Of a DNA stretch of 64,000 nucleotides, positions 54,898 to 64,000 are shown one piece after another. The stretch is taken from NCBI GenBank assembly GCA_951406725.2, contig OX597840.1, forward strand, positions 3,224,001 through 3,288,000, read 5' to 3'. This DNA comes from Octopus vulgaris (lineage: Eukaryota). The stretch's first letter is position 1; every line of letters starts with the position of its first letter. Both the position numbers and the translations under genes were made by a program. The notes below the pieces were generated by a model. That model did no database searches, had not been told where the DNA came from, and saw only the letters and a program-made list of their open reading frames with translations.

Positions 54898-55436
54898 CAG
54901 GCAGTGGATCTCATGGCTTCTGATCTTAACTGATTGGAAGTGTTATCACGTACATTGTTTTGTCTTGGTATAAAAGATGGGCTACAGCAAATATTCTGCT
55001 CAATACCACAGATTTGCTTGTCAGTTGTTTGACTTTAACCAGTTGAGCATGTCCCTTGGTGGATGACGATATGTGCATCTCTGATCACAAGCAGAAGTAG
55101 TGGGGGAGCATCATAGCCATGTGTTGAGAGGGATTCTTTGGGGTTTGAATAATTCACCTCTGGAAACATGGGTGGTTCTTTCAACATCCTTAAACAATCC
55201 TTATTCAGGGACCTTTTGAGCGGGATGGGCTACTCAACCAGAAGAAAATTCTAACTGGGCCCCACCTGCAAGGTCATGTGCTGTTTATCTTGATATGAGA
55301 TCACCATGTCGCGCACATATGGTTGTGATGCATGTGCCTGGTGTACCCTTATCAGACGGGTAGTCATGATGGGTATACTGGGCTTCGTATGTTTTACCCC
55401 AGTGTCACTTTGATGGCATGAACTGCTCTCTCACTC
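54898..55436 (+). mobile_element. Probable LINE 3' UTR, 5'-truncated, flanked by (AAT)n on both sides
   Basis: No ORF; its last ~120 bp recur in reverse at 45797-45916, also abutting (TTA)n. Clade not determinable. Confidence 0.6.
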
Positions 55437-55489
<53 letters not shown>

Positions 55490-55492
<3 letters not shown>

Positions 55493-55672
55493 TGGTTTCA
55501 GATTTTAGCACAAGTCCTGAAATATCAGGTTTGCGGGTCAGTCGATTACATCGATCCCAGTATTGAAAACTGGTACTTATTTCATTGACCTCGAAAGGAT
55601 GAAATGCCAAAGACAGAACGTAAGAACAAGCGAAATGGCCGGTGCGCCAACTGCTCTGCAAGATCACCGTCT
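55490..55672 (-). mobile_element. SINE family B, diverged
   Basis: 'ctggtacttatttcattgacctcgaaaggatgaaa'. Confidence 0.75.
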
Positions 55673-55895
55673 AAGCTAAAAATGATATTAATAATTCATT
55701 TTTAATATTGGGAAAATGCCCGCAATTTTGAGGGGAATGACCAGTCGGTTATATCTAATACAGTTTTCGCCAACTCAAGAACAATGCAACGCTCGCTCCG
55801 GAAGTCGAAACAATAATCGCGAAATCATAACGGTAAAACGCTGACCACTAAACTATACACCCTCGCTATACATGTGTGTATGAGTGTGTGTATGA

Positions 55896-55976
<81 letters not shown>

Positions 55977-56223
55977 GAGACACAAATATATTTTATCGAT
56001 TACTTGTGCCGTACCGCTAAGTTACGGGAACGTAAAATCACCAAAATGAGTTGTGGAACGATGGGAGAACAAACACAGACACATGCCCACACACACACAT
56101 GTATATATATATATAAATGCTACAGTAGAAGACAGCTGCCCAAGGTGCCCCGTCATCGGACTGAACCCGGAACTGTGTGGTTGGGAAGCAAGCTTTTTAC
56201 TACTCAGTCACTCCTGCACCTAA

Positions 56224-56255
<32 letters not shown>

Positions 56256-56646
56256 GGATTGGATTGGGGCATACTTATTGCGGGTTTTTTGGGGGGACTA
56301 AAACAATAACAACATGTAAAAAAAAACATTTCCAAATGATTATTCCGGTGCCTCTTCACCATCTACTTCAATTACTGCTTCCCATTTGCTTGGCAGACGG
56401 GCAGACCCTCATTTAAAGATGTTTTGTTAGATATTGTTATAGTTTTTGTTGAATAGAATTTGTTGGATTTTTTTCAATTTAATTCTTCATCTTCTTAATG
56501 AAAATCAATCTTTGTTTTACTCCTTGTTGAAAAAGCCAGAAAAGACAGAAACCGGTACTGACCGTTACAAAATTCGTTTCATGATAAACTTAATTTAGCA
56601 ATTTAGCATATACATACATGCATACATACATACATACATACATACA

Positions 56647-56682
<36 letters not shown>

Positions 56683-56692
56683 TATATATATC

Positions 56693-56724
<32 letters not shown>

Positions 56725-57264
56725 TATACATTAGATGATCAAACGAATGGTTTACACCTGTTAGCTTACTGGTAAAGCACGGTCACTTTGACAATGATCG
56801 TTATGTATATGACAAATGAAAGACTGAAGATGGAACATACGAGAATTTATTATTAATCCCGATAACTATTTCGACACATCTAGCATTGACCCCTCAGGTG
56901 TGTGACAATCAACAGCTGGTTCAGGAGCATCCGGTGGTGCAGATGTTTCGCATCGAGTGATAAATAGACACAACTCTTTAAAATAACAGTTCCGTTATGT
57001 ATCTTCTTACTTCTCATAGAAAGAAAAGCAGCAAAACGAAGGAAATATCTTCATTTACACAGAACATGAAAAATAAAATCACAAATGGAAAAAAGGAAAC
57101 AAACACGCAATACAGCGATAAAAGTATTTTCGCTGGTTTGCAACGGTTTGAGTATCAAATTCACGAATTCGAATATTCTCCGAAGGCCAGATTTCCTCAG
57201 CCTCATCATCAGGACCAAACCAATAAAGACCTATATATCTATCTTTATACATTGATCATTCACA

Positions 57265-57327
<63 letters not shown>

Positions 57328-58078
57328 CTTCTATCGATCTCTATTCATATATCTCTCTCATTTCACCTCGAATCAAAGGCTGTCCTTCTCATCCTCACCC
57401 TCCTTCCTATTTCACCTCCTTTTTCGCTTTAACCACCCCACCCCCCGCATCAACCAACCTCACTCCACCCTAGCCCACCCTGGCCCCCTTCTCTTTCACC
57501 AGCCTCTTTTTAACACTCGGATCTTTTCACGGCAAATTGTTCAGGAAAGCAGAATGATAGACCGTATAGCGATGAGGCGTGAAAATTGCAATGCAAATAC
57601 CTCTCACCACACTGACGAGCAGCCTGCATGCCTGCACGCCTGCGTGCCAATCTGTCTGCCTGTCTGTTTGCCTGTCTGTCTGTATATCTATTCGTTTCGC
57701 CGTTCGTCTCTCTGTCAGTTTAGATTTTCACCTAACAATCATATTTATCACACGTCTGCTTCTCTCTCCCTTTTCCTCCTCTCTCACTCTCTCTCTTTCA
57801 CTCTCTTTTTCTCACCCTCTACCTCTGTCTATCTTCCCATCTATTTGTTTGTGTGCCTCTCTGGCTATCTATCTATTTCTCACTCTCTATCGCTGTCTCC
57901 GTCTGTCAATCTGTCTGTCCGTTTCTCTCTCTGTCTATCTCTATCTCTCTTTCTCCACCCTCTCTCTCTCGCTTCAAAGTCTTTCGCCCAACGGTCTTTC
58001 ACTTTCCCACTTGACGTGTGTCCTAGTGCTTACGTGTGTGTGTGGTTATGTGTATATATAGATATATATGTGTGAGTG

Positions 58079-58140
<62 letters not shown>

Positions 58141-58635
58141 CCTTTCTATATTCGTCTATCTCTGTTTATGCCGAAGTTTATGTACATCTATCTATCTACA
58201 CTGTCTATATATATATATATGTGCGTATTTATGTATACACGTATATAAATATATATATATATATATATATACATACATATGAATGTATGTATGTAGATAT
58301 ATGTATGTAAATATACGTATATTTATATATATATTATATATCGCACTTTTTGCATACGTATATACATTTCGGTACATCTTATACACTCTAGCACTTAAGT
58401 GGGGTATTCACGCACCATTCACTATCCTTGCGTGTGTACGTGTATATATACATACATACACATAGACATACACACACACACAGCTATGCACAAACGCACA
58501 TAATTACATAGATATATAGAGGGAGACACACGCATGTCTATATATACGATCATTATTAAATTTCTCTCTTTAGATACATATGCATGTGTATACATCCGTC
58601 CAACGTTGATAGTGTGTGTGTGATAAAGGGAGACA

Positions 58636-58696
<61 letters not shown>

Positions 58697-58846
58697 CATA
58701 GAGAGATACAAATAAGATTTAGGCAAAAACGCGCCTCAACACACGCATTCATATAACACACCATACACACACACAACACATAAAGCACAATATGCACATA
58801 CCCATCACACATACTAACACACATACACATAAACACATACATATAC

Positions 58847-58905
<59 letters not shown>

Positions 58906-59289
58906 CGCAGCCACATTCACACACACAAACATGGCCGTTCTTCAGCCTGAGTTGTTTAATGAAAGCCGCGATGCAAACTTGAAAATCTCTTTATCGTTTC
59001 AATGTCGGACAAAGTAAACGTCATATCCGGTACTTTGTGCGCATGACTACGCTAATCAGTTGACGCGTGAACAGATGAATAAGCGATTGTGGGATGGTAT
59101 TTTAAACATGGCGTCCGTCCCAACAATCCTCAACACTGACATATCGACATCTTCCAGGATTGATGGTTGTAATATTAAGAGCCGATGCAATATGGCGTCG
59201 TCGTGAGAGACGGTGCCGAGAGAGGAGAACGAATCACGATGGTCGGGTTGGGTTGCTGTTGTTGCTGTCACTGTTGTCATCGCTGGTGT

Positions 59290-59540
59290 CTTTGTTGTTG
59301 TTGTTGTTGTTGTATTTCTTGTTGTCGGTGGTGGTGGTGGGGCTGGTGGTGGGGCTGGTGGTGGGGCTGGTGGTGTGAATTACTTTGTCAACGATGATCA
59401 TGAAGACGATTTTAATGACTTGGATGATAATGATGATGATGATGATGATGATGATGGTGGTGGTGATGATGATGATGATGATGATGGTGATGGTGATGAT
59501 GATGGTGATGATTGTGGTGGTGGTGATGAAGGTGATAATG

Positions 59541-59620
<80 letters not shown>

Positions 59621-59634
59621 GATGAGGGTGATGG

Positions 59635-59672
<38 letters not shown>

Positions 59673-59683
59673 GTGATGATGAC

Positions 59684-59717
<34 letters not shown>

Positions 59718-59825
59718 TTGGTGATGATGATGATGATGATGATGGTGATGGTGATGGTGATGAGGATGATGATGATGATGATGATTGCGATGATGATGAT
59801 GATGATGATGATGATAATGATGATA
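59290..59825. repeat. (GTT)n/(GGT)n/(GAT)n compound microsatellite
   Basis: Direct reading. Confidence 0.92.
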
Positions 59826-60040
59826 GTAGGCAAATGTCAGCGGTTGAGGTGGTAGTGGAGACGAAGAAGATGAAGATGAGGAGGGGGAGGAGGGGAGGAC
59901 TACGACAACGACTTACAACGATGATAATAATGACGAAGAATATGTTAGTGTTGTTGTTATCGGTGGTGGAATCGGTGCTGAAGGTGGCTGTAGTGGTCTA
60001 TCCACACAAAAGCAAGCGTACCCGAACACACAGAAATATA

Positions 60041-60246
60041 TACGAGGCGGGGGATTGCAACAGTTCCTGGCTTTAAGGGTATCGTGAAAGGCTTGGCTGG
60101 AGTCCCAACCTTTCGAGTTCTTTTACAGGTCTTAGAAAAAATTGATGGACCGCTGCAATAAGTGTGTGAATCTAAGAAGGGAACATGAAGAATAAAATCA
60201 TAATTAACTGTTCCTCCTGCCAGGAATTTTTCAGCACAGCACCGTA
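60041..60246 (+). mobile_element. Mariner-derived MITE
   Basis: Degenerate TIRs 'tacgagg...agttcctggc' and 'gccaggaatttttcagca...cgta'; internal remnant KLMDRCNKCVNL resembles a mariner C-terminus. Confidence 0.7.
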
Positions 60247-61559
60247 TATATATATATATACTACTACTACTACTACTACTAATATAGGATGAAACTTTTT
60301 TACAAAAAAAATTTCATCAGAAAATGTGGCAGCATATTAAAATACCGTTAAGTTTAAAATTATAAACAACTTATAAATAAGGGCTAAAGAAAATCATTTC
60401 TATGCCAAAATGCTGATAACAGACTTTTAAATCGTCAATTTCCACATATTATTTACTCGCTACAGAAAACACATAGAGCTGAAATCGGGGAGAGCTGGCC
60501 AAAAGAATTATTTTTTAAAATTCGTTATTTCTATATTGAATCAATTTCGGAATTAATCTCATAATAGATTTTTTCCTCTTCAATAGTAAATACAAAAAGA
60601 CATAAATGAAATACTTACATGCGCCCATGGAAAAAAGCTGAAGCAAAAATCATGAGTACATACAAGTACCCCAGATATATCTAAATATAAAATCCCTTGG
60701 TCAGCCTCAGCACACGTGTGAACTGCTCCCCCACTACAGCTTATGCTGGTTACTAGTCCCTATAGCGAATAGTAATAAGTCTACTACAATTATAGGATGA
60801 AACTTTTTTACAGAAAAAATTTCATCAGAAAATATGGCAGCATATTAAAATACCTTTAATATTAAAATACCTTAAGTAATAGACTTCACTGGGAGTGATA
60901 TAATCGACTTCAACCCTTTTAGGAATTACTGGTCTTCTGCTAAAATTTGAACCCAGTATTATCGCCTTTGCGTGAAAGTAGCTGCTCTTAATTGCAATTT
61001 GTTAATTATGACACATCCACCGGCGGTGGAAATAATTTTACTAAACCAAGATTTGATATTGCCATACCTCTATATGTGTATACTATTCAAATACATTCCA
61101 CAGACCATTTCGAGTTACTACTCTCAGCTCATTTTTTTCTTTAAATGGTCATAATTATACTTCATAATTTTGTACTTGGACGTCGTATTATATTGCAGTA
61201 AAACATACCAGACGATAACCATGCATATTTTCGCATACTGTCTCTTAACTCAAAATGTTCTAGTATCCTACGTTTTATAGAATCATGTCAAAAATATCTT
61301 GGAGAAGATGGCGTATTTTCGAAGTCTTTTTTTATACTTCTTTCGCATTCTATTGTTGGCATACAGTTCTTCTTCTAACCAGTTATTATATTTGATGTAC
61401 TTCGATTCGTTTTTAAAAAATGGATTTCACAAAATGCATCTAATATTTTTTAAAGTCGTAGCTCTCTCCTCTGATTCTATATAACTACTCGGTATCGATC
61501 AGACCGGATTATTTTTCAATGGCGTAGTTTTCAAAGAACTGTCTTGTTTTTTTTTCCGA

Positions 61560-61617
<58 letters not shown>

Positions 61618-61666
61618 GCTATTATCCAGAAACTATATTGTCTTCTTAATCTATTAGTTAAGGCGC

Positions 61667-61708
<42 letters not shown>

Positions 61709-61827
61709 ACATACATATACATGCGTATATATACACCACATATATATGTGTTTATACATATATGTATGTATTTATATATATTTATATATGTATATATATA
61801 TACATACATATATATATATATGTTTAA

Positions 61828-61880
<53 letters not shown>

Positions 61881-62802
61881 ATAGGTGTATGTATATATGT
61901 ATGTGTATATATATATATACACATTCTGTTTTAAGGATTCCACTGCTTGCAGTTATGTATATACATATAGTCGTTGTTGTGTGTAGGGAAGGATTATCTT
62001 GTGACATCCGGTTTATTTTACTTTCTCCAATATGAAGATAGCATATTATTTTCATCATCATCGTCGTGTCGTCCTTCTCTTCCTCCCCGCCACCACCATC
62101 ATCCTCTCTTTCTTCGTCTTCTTCTTCCACCTTTCCTTCCTCTCATTCTCTACTTCTTTTCCTCCTTCTCGCCTGCCCCCTTCCATACCCGGTCCACTGG
62201 GTGGTGTTGACATGACTCGTGGTTACACAATCTTAGAACACTACTGCAACTTGAACGCTCCTTCCTGCAAAATCTTGCCTAACCAATGCCAATCTTCGTT
62301 CTCTTATGTCTCAATGTCGATGGCGAAGACGCTAGCAATGGCACATGACGTCGGCACTGGCAATGGCCGATGGAGACGACGTCTGCAATGGCGGTTGGCG
62401 ATAGCGATGGCTAATGGCGATGCTGAAGACGCTGGGAATTTATATCATCTTCAACATTATATCGATTATATAAACACACACGATGCAGAGGCATTTTTTT
62501 TTGCTGTTCATTTTCTAGGTGAAAACAAACAGAGAGAAATCTAAAGAACTGAATATTATAACTAGAAGGAAGCAAGTTGCCTAGGGACACGTGCTGGATG
62601 GAAAAGATATAGTGAAGTAGAGGCTAAATCATATTTTAAAATATCTAATGTAGGGAGACCTCTGTTGTAGGAAGGTTCTCTTTGCAATCATAAGATAATG
62701 AACTCAGTCTCAATATGTGCACATGGGTGAGTTCCTGTTTAACCCCGGGTGGATCAACGCCTTGTGAGTGACTATTTGTTTGACTTGAAGTGTGTGGAAA
62801 CC

Positions 62803-62869
<67 letters not shown>

Positions 62870-62917
62870 CAAATGGATAGATAGATAGATAGATAGATAG
62901 AAAGAAAGATAGATAGT

Positions 62918-62997
<80 letters not shown>

Positions 62998-63074
62998 TAC
63001 ATACAGACAGACAGATAGATAGATAGATAGACAGACAGACAAACAGACAGACAGATAGATAGATAGATAGATAT

Positions 63075-63760
63075 GTTTCTTTATTAGCCACACAGGGCTG
63101 CACACAGATAGAACAAATTACAAGGTAGAGCTTTTCTTTTGAAGGTTTAAGAAAAAAAAAAAAAAAAAGGAAGGGGGAGTTTCGATCAAAAGGGATCGTA
63201 AAAGGAGAGAAAGAGGACAAAAAAAGGGGGGTTTAAAAAAAAGGGGGGAGGAAAAAAAATTGATCAATAGGGATCGTTATCACAGAAATGTCAATATGAA
63301 GTGTAAAGGGGAGGACAGGTGAGGTTTAACCGTGCAAAGAAAAGCCTACGGAAAAGACCACGGTAACCTCGGTCAATGATGTCACATTTTATATTTCTTT
63401 TTTTTTTTTTTGCAAATAAGCAACTCTCTGTTTTCGATTTCTGGGTTCATAGGACTATGCTCAAGGTGGCTTCGTCATTCATACGTGCCATTCTTGCTAC
63501 ATTCACCCATCTTTTTTTAAAACATTCGCTAGACAAAACTTGCCTCTCTACTCTCACTTTCCTTTTCAAGTGGTACTTGAAGAAGTTGATGAGAGATTGA
63601 CCAGAGAGGAAAGTGTTTGTCTCCAATCCTTTCAGACGCGTCCACCAGATACATTCTTTCGCCATAGCCACAAGGATGATGAAAATAGCTCTTCCTTCCC
63701 GTTTGAAGGAAGGAGGCGTGACAATATTGACGATAGACTCAGCTGATAAACCGACTCGTC
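63075..63760 (-). mobile_element. 5'-truncated Tx1/L1-like LINE (ORF2 C-terminus plus 3' UTR) between (GATA)n arrays
   Basis: Open frame [45 protein letters not shown]...FFKYHLKRKVRVER...FKKRW...* (AK..IW..R motif); AATAAA then 'gaaac' and (ATCT)n. Confidence 0.8.
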
Positions 63761-63782
63761 ATAGATAGATAGATAGATAGAC

Positions 63783-63820
<38 letters not shown>

Positions 63821-63882
63821 ATAGATAGACAGACAGACAAACAGACGGACAGAGAGACAGACAGACAGGCAGACAGACAGAC

Positions 63883-63931
<49 letters not shown>

Positions 63932-63932
63932 T

Positions 63933-64000
63933 GTTTCTTTATTAGCCACACCGGGCTGCACACAGATAGAACAAATTACAAGGTAGAGCTTTTCTTTTGA
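63933..64000 (-). mobile_element. 3' end of a second Tx1-like copy, running off the window
   Basis: Nearly identical to 63075-63142; preceded by (GATA)n/(GACA)n. Confidence 0.85.

Noticed and set aside
57185-57215. Minus-strand CTGATGA...GAAA
   Set aside because: No pairing for stems I, II or III.
59213-60076. 287-aa ORF with hydrophobic stretch and poly-Asp/Gly, superficially like molluscan Asp-rich shell proteins
   Set aside because: Starts at GTG, Asp is almost all GAT, overlapping frames are also open, and similar GAT/GGT fields occur at 30625-31270.

Overview
Eukaryotic, AT-rich, non-coding (intronic or intergenic) window. It is very probably from an octopus genome, inferred from the extreme microsatellite load and tRNA-derived SINE families I recall as octopus-type. 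No host protein-coding gene, rRNA, true tRNA or CRISPR array can be supported, and nearly all ORFs in the track are translated microsatellites. The window is a mosaic of microsatellites, at least four SINE families, LINE fragments (RTE-like, Tx1/L1-like, several R4/Dong-like restriction-endonuclease LINEs), mariner/Tc1 remnants, MITEs and one non-autonomous Helitron. The most interesting signals are: (i) about ten minimal hammerhead-ribozyme-like motifs (several degenerate) in at least six unrelated short elements, some in fold-backs and one on a tRNA-headed element; (ii) a twin-priming 5' inversion with a 12-bp TSD in an RTE-like LINE; (iii) apparent partitioning of retroelement families among microsatellites: Tx1-like in (GATA)n, R4-like in (TAA)n, hammerhead elements in (TA)n. 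All calls were made by eye, coordinates are approximate to a few bases, and no database search or folding was run.
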